DNA from: Octopus sinensis
Taxonomy: Eukaryota
Direction: 5' to 3'
Assembly (NCBI RefSeq): GCF_006345805.1
Contig: NC_043013.1
Coordinates: forward strand, 45,074,001 to 45,138,000
DNA: 64,000 nt
Shown here: positions 1 to 12,545 of the stretch, in pieces
Numbering within the stretch: the stretch's first letter is position 1
How the letters are laid out: every line of letters begins with the position of its first letter
The notes under the pieces: generated by a model
The model's input: only the letters and a program-made list of their open reading frames with translations
Told to the model about the DNA's origin: nothing
Database searches by the model: none
Translations under genes and position numbers: made by a program

Positions 1-50
1 GTGAGGAAAGAGAACTGAATCTAGATTCACACAAGTATGTTGTTACAAAT

Positions 51-474
51 GGAATCTTTTCGGTTTGAACGGCAGTTTTTGCTAGCGGTGTCATATGAAA
101 TTGTCACCCATAATTATGACCCTAGTATCGATCTATTGCATTTCAATCTCTTTTAGGGTTAGGGTTAGGGGTGGGGGGAAAGGGTATCGTTTTTTCTTCA
201 CAAATGTAAATAAACCCAATCTGTTTCTTAAACGAGGGACATATTCATACGGAACAGAATGTTTTTTTTTACCTCAATAGACGTCATAGATTGGTTGAAA
301 TTGCAGAAATTGAAGAAAAAAAACAATAAATATCTTACAAACTATAGAATTTTCTCAATAAAGCCAAGAGAAAAAGATGTTTTATAATCACATTCTACCA
401 GTATACGAAGTTTAAAAGTGTTTAGTTACGTGGAAATTATTTTAAAAAACTGCCGTTCAAACCGAAAAGATCCC
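51..474 (+). mobile_element. MITE with ~30-bp GGGATCTTTTCGGTTTGAACGGCAG TIRs, copy 1
   Basis: TIRs at 51-80 and 445-474; same element inverted at 1101-1516 and partial at 24508-24880. Confidence 0.85.
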
Positions 475-1100
475 ATTTGGAATGCACCCTTATTCTCAAA
501 TAGAATGAGCTTTTGGCCCTAATCAAATTTACTCATACAAAATAAAAATAAAAAGTTCTTGATGTGCTTAGTAGAATAGAGTTTTATAGGAATTGGTTAA
601 TACTTTTATTTTGAAAATTGATCTAAATAAATTATATTTTTTTCGTCTTTGTCGCACTCCTAGAAAATGAATTTCTAGAACATCGCCGGATGGGAACTCC
701 TGTTCTACGTCCAGATATATTTAAATACAATGACAGAAAGAAAGAAAAGAAAATACTGTTCCCTTCGTTGGTCGAGTGACAATGTATGAGCACATTTTGA
801 CTTGTAACAAGACTACATGAATTATCTCCCTTTAACTACAAACTTGCTAATTTAAGCACCGACCTGTCAATGTATCATATTATGCGATAGATAGGAAACA
901 GTCACAGCTACGTCTATGAGAAGACACCTACGAGATCCCTTGACCTGCTAGAAATAGTAGCCAAACACTTTATTTAAATCATACCATGCTGTTTTACAAT
1001 ACCGTTGAAAAGGACGGGGATTACATGAATTGATTATTTCTGAACATGTCTCCTTAAGCAGGGCTTATCTGGAATCAAAACAACAACCATCACCAAAATA

Positions 1101-1516
1101 GGGATCTTTTCGATTTGAACGGCAGTTTTTAACATAATTTCTAGGTAACTAAAAAATTTTTAACCTCGTATACTGGTAGAATGTGTTTATAAAACATCTT
1201 TTTCTCTTGGCGTTATTGAGAAAATTCTATAGTTTGTAAGATATTTGTTGTTTTTTCTTCAATTTCTGCAATTTCAACCAATCAGTGACGTCTATTGAGG
1301 TGAAAACATTCTGTGCCGTATGAGTATGTCCCTCGTTTAAGAAACAGATTAGGTTTATTTACATTTGTGAAGAAAAAAAGATACTCTTCCCCCCACCCCT
1401 AACCCTAACTCTAAAATAGATTGAAATGCAATAGATCGATACTAGGGTCATAATTATGGGTGACAATTTCATATGACACTGCTAGGAAAAACTGCTGTTC
1501 AAACCGAAAAGATCCC
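1101..1516 (-). mobile_element. Same GGGATC-TIR MITE, copy 2 (opposite orientation)
   Basis: Both TIRs present; flanked by AAAATA on both sides. Confidence 0.85.
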
Positions 1517-1814
1517 AAAATAGTTCTGCTGAAGCCTTTAACACTTTCATGACCATATTCCTGATGCAATATCGGGTCGATTTGTTTTAGTTAATTTCTC
1601 AATTAATCAACGATTTCGAGGGGTTAGTAAAATAATAATTTATCCATTACTGATTATCCTGTTTGTGACATAAGATTAGAGGTACACAGTGAACAAAAAG
1701 AATTTTCCATCTGTACATATTCTGTTGAACAACATGTCTGTTCCACATATCAAATGGCAAACGAGTAGGCTCAAAAAACAACCATCAATAACTACTCTCC
1801 TCACCTTGGTTCTT

Positions 1815-1846
<32 letters not shown>

Positions 1847-2097
1847 TACACACACTCATACACACATGCACAAACTCTCTCTCACACATACACACACACA
1901 CACTCATACACACATACACAAACTCTCTCTCTAGCTCTCCTTTCTCTCTCACTCACATACACAAACTCTCTCTCTCTCTCACACACACACACACTCATAC
2001 AGACATACACAAACTCTCTCTAACTCTCCTTTCTCTCTCACACACATACACCCACACTCACACACACACACACGCACCGCACACACACACACACACA
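1815..2097. repeat. Compound (TC)n/(CA)n microsatellite with higher-order unit
   Basis: Repeats of CACACAAACTCTCTCT...CACACACTCATACACACATA. Confidence 0.9.
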
Positions 2098-2243
2098 GAA
2101 TAATTAACACCAGGAAGCACTCTTAACAGTGTGCAATGGCTTGCAGTGGAAACACGAATAGCTCTTAATGAAGAACGATGTAATTAACCGTGTAATAAAA
2201 TTTGGATGTGCAAATCTCTGTTCTCCTCATCTTTATCAATTTC

Positions 2244-2305
<62 letters not shown>

Positions 2306-5110
2306 TTCCATGGCGTACTTGGAGGCTATGGTTTTGGCTCCCGCAATGAGGAGGGACCCAGGCTGCTGGAGTTCTGTGATGCAAATGATCTTATCGTTTG
2401 CAATACTAACTTCAGAAAACCTGCCAGTCACCTAGTCACCTACTGTTCTGGCAGACACACTAGCCAAATTGACTACATCCTCACCAGAAAAAGGGGAAGA
2501 TGGCTGCTTATAAATTCCAAAACCTTCCCAGGTGAAGAATGTACCCCACAACATAGACTGGTAGTTAGTGACTTCAGGATCAGGGCTAACTGGATGCTCA
2601 GAAGACAACCAGCATGAAAGAGAAGGGTCTGGAAGCTTAAAGGTCCTGCCAATGGACAGAGATTTAGAGACATATTACTTGAAGCCTTTGACAAAATAGC
2701 AGGAGATATAGCTTCACACAATGTAGAAGACAACTGGAGGTTCCTACAGGACAACCTGCTAAGGGCCACCGACCAGATCTGTGGATGGTGCAAAGTCCCC
2801 TCTCGACCCAAAATAACATGGTGGTGGAACGATGTTGTTGACAGGGCTATTAGAGAAAAGAAACAGGCTTGGAAGGACTGGCAGAACGGTGTTAGCAGGG
2901 AATTGTATCAGACTGCCAGAAGGGAAGCTAGGAGACAGGTTTATTTAGCCAGCGGGGAAGCAAATAAGAAAAAATTTGCCAATATTCTGTGCTATGAGGA
3001 TCAAAGACTTGAGGTATTTCGTGTTGCAAGACAGTGTGTGAGGGGGAAACGTGATGTAGTAGGAGAGAAATGTGTTCGCATGGATGATGGTTCACTTGCA
3101 CTAAACGAGTCTGCAAAGAGAGAAGTTTGGAGACGCCACTATGAAAGGTTGCTCAATAAAGAAAATTAATAGGAGAAAGGGAGTCTGCCGAATGTCAACC
3201 CAACAGAGGAATCTGCTATCTGAGTTGAAAGTACCTTGGTAGATAAAGCAATTAAGTGTATGAAGACAGGGAAAGCCCCCGGCCCATCAGGAATCACTGC
3301 AGAGATGCTCAAAATATCTGGTAGTGTCGGCTATAATGATGGCCCTGCTGAATCTGTAGAAAAGGCGTAGGTAGAAACTCTATAAGATGTACCCTGTGTA
3401 AGCTATGGACAGATAAGAGGTGCAGCAATATCAAAGGAAGTCAGCCGTATAGTTAACCAGGTGATACACGAAGGAGTCATACCCAATGACTGGTGTAGCA
3501 GCATAATAGTCAACTGCTACAAAGGTAAAGGTGATGCTTTAGATACAAATAATTACAGGGGTATCAAGTTATTGGATCAGGTAATGAAGGTCATAGAGAA
3601 GGTCATAGCCCAACCAATTAGGGAGAGAGTCAGTTTAGATGAGATGCAGTTTGGGTTCATGCCAGGGAAAAGCACCACTGATGCCATATTTCTGGTAAGA
3701 CAGCTGCAAGAGAAATACCTGGCCAAAGATAAACCTCTGTACCTGGCTTTTGTTGACATGGAGAAAGCCTTTGACAGGGTTCCCCAATCCCTTATCTGGT
3801 GGTCAATGAGGAAACTAGGGATAGATGAATGGTTAGTGAGAGCTAGTGCAAGCCATGCACAGGGACGCTGTCAGTCAGGTGAGGGTTGGCAATGAGTACA
3901 GTGAAGAATTCCGGGTGGAGGTAGGGGTCCACCAAGGTTCAGTCCTCAGCCCCCTCCTATTTATCATAGTCCTCCAGGCAATAACAGAGGAATTCAAGAC
4001 AGGATGCCCCTGGGAGCTCCTCTATGCTGACGACCTTGCTCTAATTGCTGAGTCACAATCAGAACTAGAGGAGAAGTTTCAGATGTGGAAACAAGGGCCT
4101 TAGAGTCAACCTAGCTAAAACCAAAGTACTAATAAGTAGGAAGGCAGACAAACAACAAATCCCTTCAGGTAGTGGCCCTGCTTGGTCTATAGAAAAGGCA
4201 TAGGTAGAAACTCTATAAGATGTACCCAGTGTAAGCTATGGACAGGTAAGAGGTGTAGCAATATCAAAAGAAGGCTAACTGGGAAGATAGTTTTTGTATG
4301 TGGCAGATGCTCAGGAGCAATAAACACTGAAAATGTGCAGAGAACAACTTCCATCACGTTCCAGAGAAAAAAAATCTGGAAGTAGTTGATAGCTTCTGTT
4401 ACCTAGGTAACCACATCAGTAGCAGGGGAGGGTGAGCTGAAAGTGTCACTGCTAGAATAAGAATAGCCTGGGCAAAGTTCAGAGAGCTCTTACTTCTGCT
4501 GGTGACAAAGGGCCTCTCGCTCAGAGTAAAAGGTAGACTGTATGACGCATGTGTGCGAACAGCAAAGCTGCATGGCAGTGAAACACGGGCCGTGACTGCT
4601 GAGGACATGCGTAAGCTCGTGAGGAATGAAGCCAGTATGATCCGATAGATGTGTAATGTCAGTATGCATACTTGACAGAGTGTAAGTACCTTAAGAGAAA
4701 AGTTGGACCTAAGAAGCATCAGATGTAGTGTGCAAGAGAGACAACTGTGCTGGTATGATCATGTGGCGAGAATGGATGAGGATAGCTGTGTGAAAAACTG
4801 CCACATCCTAGCGGTTGAGGGAACCTGTGGAAAAGGTAGACCCAGGAAGACCTGGGATGAAGTGGTGAAGCACGACCTTTGAACATTAGGCCTCACCGAG
4901 GCAATGACTAGTGACTGAGCCTTTTGGAAATATGCTGCGCTTGAGAAGACCTGGCAAGCCAAATGAGACCATGACCTTGTGGCCTATGCCAGGAGCATAA
5001 CCAGCCCACTAATGCATACCTTTTCCTTCTTTGGACACTAAACTCTGCTTGTGAAGACCTGTTGAGGCAAGTGAAATCAAATCAAAATCAAAATCAATTT
5101 CGATGACTGG
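2306..5110 (+). mobile_element. RTE-clade LINE, decayed and truncated (APE C-terminus + RT + start of 3' UTR)
   Basis: Frameshifted ORF pieces: GGYGFGSRNEEG...SQIDYIL...QHRLVVSDF (AP endonuclease), NYRGIKLL, QFGF, FVDMEKAFD, GVHQGSVLSPLLF, LYADD (4023-4034), RTCGKGRPRKTW. Many stops. Confidence 0.93.
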
Positions 5111-5231
5111 AAATGTGGCATGATGTATTGAATCCAATTTTATATTAAATCTAATTTTGATTCAACATCCTCTTTTTCCTCGATTTTTTATATTTGTTTA
5201 TGGTATATTTATACCTACAACAAAATTTTTC

Positions 5232-5272
<41 letters not shown>

Positions 5273-5903
5273 CACATATGTATACATATATATATTTATG
5301 CTTTGGGGATTTATATGTTGGATACCCTGTTATTTTAATATGTATTTATTTTCATTAATGCGATGGTATGAGGATATTATAAAGTTGTTTGAACAAGTAG
5401 GACGTTTGTTCACTATATCCTTATGAATTTAATATATATATATATATATATATTGAGAAAGAAAGAAACAGATAGACAGATGTAAATAATCTCTCTCTCT
5501 CTCTTTCTGTTTATCTGTCTATGTATTGATCTCATCATCATCATCATCATCATCATTTAATGTCCGCTTTCCATGCTAGCATGGGTTGGACGATTTGACT
5601 GAGGACTGGCGAACCAGATGGCTGCACCAGACTCCAATCTTGATCTGGCAGTTTCTACAGCTTGATGGCTTTCCTAATGCCAAACTGTCTATATCTATTT
5701 TGAAATATGTATATGTGCATGCATGTGTCTGTATGTATATACGCATGAATGTATGCATGTGTATGTGTATATGTGTGTGTGTTTAAATTCTTTGTGCTCA
5801 TTTATCAATAAGCAACTAAGATATGCACAAAAGTAGAATGTGTAACACAGTAAAATGAATAGCAACTGACACAATGTAACTATAAGATATTTGACTTCAG
5901 AAA

Positions 5904-5947
<44 letters not shown>

Positions 5948-6691
5948 ATGTGCGTGTATGTGTGTGTGTTTGGCATGAGTGTAAGAGACTTTTGGAGTCA
6001 ACTATATGTATATATGTGTTTGTATTTGTGTGTATACATATTGGACTATATAAATAAATACAAACACACTTGCACACACATACTTGCACAAATATATATC
6101 CACCCACATATGCAAGGTACTTATCTCATATAAATGAAATAGTCGGTTAGGAGTAGTGACACCCCACTCCCACCCGCAAAACAAATCTCTCGGTATTAAC
6201 ATGAAAATAGCCACACAACATAACCAACAGCCTTACCATCACCATCATTACTGCACGAGGTCTACTTATACAAATAATAAGTCCCCTGCCTTCACCTTGT
6301 GAAGCACAGTCAGCTCCTATTCTTTCCCCTTTATTTACCTTGACCCCTAAATTTCCAATGTCATGACCTATGTCAGTACACACTCATAATTTTGAGTCAC
6401 ACTGTATGACACACTTTGTTATGCTGTTTGGCTATTGTAGCAAATCAAAACAAACCCATTATTTTCCCCTCCCCCGTTTACACCTTTCCACACACAGAAA
6501 TAAAGACACACAAACATTTAATAAGGTGAGCTCTCTCTCTCTTTCCCCCTCTCTCTCTTTCCCCCTCTCTCTCTTACACACACAGAGAAAGTGTAGGAAA
6601 ATGCAGTTTTCCACATGAGTAAGAAGTATAAAGAAAAGAAAAGTGCTGAAAATGCAATTTAAGAAAATTTATTTCATGAAAATTAATATAC

Positions 6692-7090
6692 AGTGCAGGG
6701 GTGGCTGTGTGGTAAGTAGCTTGCTTACCAATCACATGGTTCTGGGTTCACTCCCACTGCGTGGCACCTTGGGCAAGGCAAGTGTCTTCTACTATAGCCT
6801 CGGGCCAACCAAAGCCTTGTGAGTGGATTTAGTAGACGGACACTGAAAGAATGTGTGTGTATGTATGTATGTGTGTGTGTATATGTTTGTGTGTCTGTGT
6901 TTGTCCTCTCAACATCACTTGACAACCGATGCTGGTGTGTTTACATCCCCGTAACTTAGCAGTTCGGCAAAAAGAGACTGATAGAATAAGTACTAAGCTT
7001 ACAAAGAATAAGTCCTGGGGTTGATTTGCTCGACCAAAGGCGGTGCTCCAGCATGGCCACAGTCAAATGACCGAAACAAGTAAAAGAGTA
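6692..7090 (+). mobile_element. tRNA-derived SINE family C (CORE-like CACCTTGGGCAAG, internal microsatellite)
   Basis: GGAGTGGCTGTGTGGTAAG head, GGTTCA B box, internal (TA/TG)n, tail ...GACTGAAACAAGTAAAAGAG. Further partial copies at ~21778-21935(+), 63197-63365(-), 63642-63740(+). Confidence 0.85.
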
Positions 7091-7949
7091 TACAATTACC
7101 AAACTGGTTTCACAAATATATTTTAAGTTTCAAAAGTAATGGAATATGGAAAATCTTATCCCATGTTTTGTGTGGCAGTTCTTCTAAAGATTCCTTAATG
7201 CCATGTTGCATTACCAAATTTTAAGCATTATAATGCTGATGCCAAATGGGTTATCAGTTCTGTCCAAACAAGGCTATTAATATATCCTTTGATGAAGTCA
7301 GTATAATCTGGAAACTTGGGTTTTTTTCTTTTTTTTTTTACAGGTTTTGGGGGGATGGAGGTTGATTTTTTTTTTTTTTTTGAGAAAGATTTCATTGGTG
7401 ATTTCCAAACAAGGTTTTAGGATTTCGAATTTTAGGGACCTGTGACCATGCTTATACAATATAGCTTATTAGGTTGTGTTTATATTGTTTAATAAACATG
7501 CTGTCTGGCTTCCGTGCCAGTGGCGTGTAAAAAGCACCATTTGAGTGTGATCATTACCAGCGTTACTTTACTGGCACTTGTGCTGGTGGCAGATGAGCAA
7601 AATAATTTGAGCGAGGTCATTGCCAGTGCCATTGGACTGACTCCTGTGTAGGTGGCACATAAAAAACACCATTGGAGCAGGGCCGTTGCCAGTACTGCCA
7701 GACTGGCCCTCATGCCGGTGGCACCTAAAAGCACCCACTACACTCTTGGAGTGGTTGGCATTAGGAAGGGCATCCAACTGTAGAAACTCTACCAGATCAA
7801 GATTGGAGCCTGGTGCAGCCATCTGGTTCACCAGTCCCCAGTCAAATCGTCCAACCCATGCTAGCATGGAAAGCGGACGTTAAATGATGATGATGATGAT
7901 TTTTTTTATTTATCTGTACTTCATCTGTTGTTTTATAGGAACAAAGATA

Positions 7950-8515
7950 AAGTGAGAAGATTAAGAATTTCATGGTTCTCTTCTTTGTGGAAATGTCTTT
8001 GTTCTCTTTGGTTCTCTTTGTTGCATAAAGTGTTTAGAAAAACCTGTCTGCTATTGTATTTGTTGCTTATGGATAGTGAATTTGGTTCTCAAAGTTTTGT
8101 TTGTCCTATATAATCTTCCTTACAACCTTTACATTTAACAGTAAGAGATTACATTCGTTGATAAGCTGGTGAAGTGATTTCTTTTTGCAAGGAAGATATG
8201 TCCTGATCTGAATTTGTAGGGTTATGTCTTGTATAAGGTTGATGCAGGTTCTGTAGTTAGGGCAACTACACTTTTTAGCTACTGGAGTTGTGTTCTGGAA
8301 AGGCAATTTGGCATGGATCAATAATTTCTTCATAGATTTTGGTTGTCTTTTGCTTTTAATTATTTTGAATGTTTCAAATGCATTTTTCATCCATGGATCT
8401 TGCTTCAGTAATGGAATGTTTTGATGGATAATATTGTATGTTTCTGTATTCCTTGAGTTTGTGTTGCTATGTAAGCTAGAGTATATAGTGTATTGGAATT
8501 GTATTTTGTTCATCC
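7950..8515 (-). mobile_element. Penelope-like element remnant (linker + GIY-YIG endonuclease)
   Basis: LKQDPWMK...SKRQPKSMKKLLIHAK...KKCSCPN..TC, then frameshifted NVIS...CKGCKEDYIGQT...HKQQI. This is the PLE Cys-rich linker plus GIY-YIG signature. Confidence 0.75.
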
Positions 8516-8520
8516 TGACA

Positions 8521-8672
8521 ATTCTCTAATTCTAGGGCACATTTTATTCTCTAATTCTACGGCATATTTTATTCTCTAATTCTTTTCACATTTTATTCTC
8601 TAATTCTACAGCACATTTTATTCTCTAATTCTATGGCATATTTTATTCTCTAATTCTATGGCACATTTTATT
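8521..8672. repeat. 25-bp minisatellite, ~6 units
   Basis: Unit ATTTTATTCTCTAATTCTA(C/T)GGCA(C/T). Confidence 0.85.
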
Positions 8673-9559
8673 GGGGATTGTCTATTAAGTAGTATTATAG
8701 TTCTTGATGTCCTTATTTCCAAATTCAAAACAATTGAACATATTCTTTGTGCTGGTCAGGACAGTGGTCCATACTGAGTTAATGAGTTGTTCATGACCAG
8801 TCATGACCTGAGTTAATGAGTTGTTTAATAGCCCCAAGTATCCTGGAAATCTGTGTATGTATCAAAGGTATAATTGGTGCTTATTATTACACAGAGTATC
8901 TTTTAGAAAACAAAAGGTGTGAATAGCTCTAAACATCACTACACACATTTCAGTTACATGGTTACTTATTCCCTATCCAGGGCTTCATCATTCCTGAGGG
9001 AGGAACCCCTCCCTGGTCTCTTTCTATCACTGTCTGTCTCTGACCAGTCATGACCATGTAGCGAATGAGATTATCTCACCATCTTGTCTTTGGTCAACCT
9101 CTTGATCTTGTCCAGTGTCTTGGTGTCCATTCCATCACCCTAATTGTCCACCTATTGTCCTTCCCAATGCAAAATACATAACATAACATATACAACATCA
9201 TATAAATATGCATTGTTGTGTAAACCCCTTCTTCTGGTGATATCCAGCTCTCATTCAGCAAAATGCAATCAATCTATATCTATGACGATAAAAATCCTCT
9301 AAATAAGCTGACCGAAATAGGGATTTTCAAACTGGGATGGAGATATTAAAACTTGTGTCTAATCAAACACCATAACTGTGAAGGCAACTAAATTAATGTA
9401 TGAATATACTAAAAAGGGAGAGGTCAAAAGGCTATATCCTTATGAGATGTTGGATTTTATGGTTAAATGAATTTATTGATGAGCCGTTAGTTTCCTGTAA
9501 TAAACAATACAGCTGCCATCAAATAACATATTGAAATGTGTGATGACGTTTTGAGTTAT

Positions 9560-9829
9560 CCATTTCTTCTCTGTGTGTGTGTATGTGTGTGCATGCACGC
9601 CTCTTTGTGTGTGTGTGTGTGTGTGTGTGCATGGGTGTTTGTGTGTGTGTTTCTGTGCATGTTTGTGTGTGTGCATGTGAGTATGTATGTGTGTGTATGC
9701 ATGTATGTTATGTGTGTATTTGTGTGTGTGTGTGTGTGTGTATGCATGCACGCCTGTTTGTGCGTGTGTGTGTGTGTGCATGGGTGTTTGTGTGTGTGTG
9801 CATGTGTGTGTGTGTATTTGTGTGTGTGT

Positions 9830-9896
<67 letters not shown>
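9560..9896. repeat. Interrupted (TG)n microsatellite
   Basis: ~335 bp of TG with TGCATG interruptions. Confidence 0.95.
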
Positions 9897-9898
<2 letters not shown>

Positions 9899-10518
9899 TT
9901 CAGGTTTTCCTATGAGTTTGCTGGTGGTAAACAACAGCTTAGGTGACAGTGTTGTTCTCTCACAGTCAACTGCAAAAACACATCCAAAGCTTTTTTGACA
10001 TGTTGCACAGTTTTAGTAAACGAAAGGCTCATTCATACAGAGTCATTTGTCACCAGTTCTCACTGCGAACATGTTTGGGCTGTTTGTGGCTCAGTAGACT
10101 GGGAAATTTATTACTTTGCTTGGAAACAAGTGACAGTTGGTGACACACATATAAATACACCCACATACAGCGAGAGAGAGAGAGAGAGTAAGTTCTGTAA
10201 ACACAAACTTATAAATAAAGTATAGCTGTCCATTTCTTCTGTTTACTATATATATAAGTGAAGGTAATTAACAAATAAAAAAATTTTCGTGTCAAAAATC
10301 ACTCAGGTATGACAGAAGTGACATGAATGAATGAATGAATGTCATTACACATGTACATATCTTGTATATGAGTCAGGTTATCTAACTGACACACACACAC
10401 ACAACCTAGTTTCTATATGATATTTATGCATATATAACCACATTATTCATTTATGTCGCTTCTGTTATATGTAAGTAATTGTTGATATGAAAGGCTTATA
10501 CTTTTTTAACCCCTAGAG

Positions 10519-10737
10519 CAGTGCTTTTCAAACGTTTTGCTGGAGCGGAACCCCAAGGAAACATTCCACTGGCTCGAGGAACCCCTGTGCAATAATTTGA
10601 TAGTCTTATGCACACATATCTGCACAGGAGACTTAAAAATTACTGCTGATTTTAGCAGTTTTGTAACTTCTTGCGGAACCCCTGCACTGTACTGGCGGAA
10701 CCCTAAGGTTCCGCGGAACCCTAGTTGAAAACCACTG
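10519..10737. mobile_element. hAT (Charlie-like) MITE
   Basis: CAGTGCTTTTCAA...TTGAAAACCACTG TIRs; perfect 8-bp TSD CCCTAGAG. Confidence 0.85.
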
Positions 10738-10967
10738 CCCTAGAGCTACACTGAGCTAAACCTTTAAGGCTACACTGCAATTAACAGACTAACTTAGTCT
10801 AGTCCAGTGGTTTTCCAGCTTTGCTCATTGGTGGTTATCTCCCTTGTCAATATATATAAAAGTGCACTTCTGCAGCTTTAAGGTTTTAACTCTTATTCCT
10901 AGCAATATCGGTAATATTCAAGACCCTTAGTCATAATTAGTGACAATTAAATTTTTTCTGTATATAT

Positions 10968-11374
10968 AGGCGCAGGAGTGGCTGTGTGGTAAGTAGCTTG
11001 TTTACCAACCACATGGTAGCGGGTTCAATTCTACTGCATGGCACCTTGGGCAAGTGTCTTCTACTATAGCCTCGGGCCGACCAAAGCCTTGTGAGTGGAT
11101 TTGGTAGACGGAAACTGAAAGAAGCCCGTCGTATATATGTATATATATATATGTGTATGTGTGTTTGTGTGTCTGTGTTTGTCCCCCTAGCATTGCTTGA
11201 CAACCGATGCTGGTGTGTTTACGTCCCCGTCACTTAGCAGTTCAGCAAAAGAGACTGATAGAATAAGTACTGGGCTTACAAAAGAATAAGTTCCGGGGTC
11301 GAGTTGCTCGATTAAAGGTGGTGCTCCAGCATGGCCGCAGTCAAATGACTGAAACAAGTAAAAGAGTAAAGAGT
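10968..11374 (+). mobile_element. SINE family C
   Basis: Full-length match to family C. Confidence 0.85.
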
Positions 11375-11698
11375 ATATGTGTGTGTGTGTGGTCTAGACA
11401 GCAGTCCACACAGAGTTAATGAGTTGCTAGGAATAAGAGTTAAACCCTTAAAGTTGCATAAGTGCACTTTTATGTACATTGACAAGGGAGATAACCACCC
11501 ATGAGCAAAGCTGGAAAACCACTGGACTTGACTAATTTTGTCTGTTAATTGCAGTGTAGCCTTAAGGGTTTAACTCAGTGTAGCTCTAGGGGTTAATTCT
11601 TATTTCTAGTTATATAGGTGCTATTCAGTATCCTTAGTCACAATTAGTAATGATTAAGTTTTTCTGTTATGGTTTTATATTGTACATAGCTATTCATA

Positions 11699-11804
<106 letters not shown>

Positions 11805-12257
11805 TACAGTGTACATTTAAACACATTAAGAGGCTTCCATCATAGGAATCCTTTACACTAGAAAGAACAGCTAAAGTCCAAACTACTAATTAGGGATAAA
11901 TTCTCAAAGGGAATGAAAAATAAAAACATTTACCATATCTTTCCTGGACCATGGTTTCTGACTTATTTTAGTAAATAAAATAATTTACCAGGTGAAGTCT
12001 TCATCAACAGAGACACCAAAGAGCAAATGTTTTTATTTTTTATTCCCTTCAAGAATTTATCCGGTTTGAACTTTAGCTGTTCTTTTTACCATAAAGGATT
12101 CCTATGATGGAAACCTCTTAATGTGTTTTAATCTACACTGTATTTTTTATGAATAATATATAGTCTATTGACTAATTTTTCTATATGCTAGGCTACTGGC
12201 AGTAAAAATTTCTCAAATTTTTATTACCCTGATATTATTAATCATATATATATATAT

Positions 12258-12545
12258 ATGTCCTGTTATTACTATTATTGCTTTTTGTATTTATATTCGT
12301 GTGGCATCGTCCATTTTTCTGTCCCTGTTTCGTATACATTCGATCCTTTTTCCAAGAAATCTAATGCTCGTAGCTTAGTTTTTCCTTGGGGCTGGCCGGA
12401 TCGGAGCAATCTCAAGATTAATCAGCCGAAATTGCGAGGATGATCCGTTTCTTGACTGAAGATTGAAGGCTTCGAATGTCCCATCCATGTTTTTTGTATC
12501 GTCTTCTAAATGTTTTGCGTTCTTGTCCCAGTTTGTATTTTTTTA
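12258..12545 (+). mobile_element. Unclassified CpG-retaining repeat between microsatellites (possible PLE terminal repeat)
   Basis: CpG-rich island bounded by (TA)n; contains GGCTG...CAGCC-GAAATT. Single copy in window. Confidence 0.35.

Larger units (their letters stand above)
10510..11592. mobile_element. piggyBac-like non-autonomous element with ~170-bp TIRs hosting two nested insertions
   Basis: TTAA|CCCC...GGGG|TTAA ends. Left arm 10510-10905 (split by a hAT MITE) is inverted relative to 11424-11592. SINE at 10968-11374 inside. Confidence 0.6.

Noticed and set aside
11325-11360. SINE tail hairpin followed by GAAAC as a hammerhead
   Set aside because: The preceding sequence (ATGGCCGC) does not fit the core and there is no stem I; it is better explained as a LINE-recognition stem-loop.
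12360-12482. Possible fifth hammerhead (CTCGT...GGCTG...CAGCC-GAAATT-GCGAG, and CTGAAGA at ~12455)
   Set aside because: Stems I and II can be drawn, but the 18 nt between them lack a UGA core. The downstream CTGAAGA has no workable stem II or GAAA.
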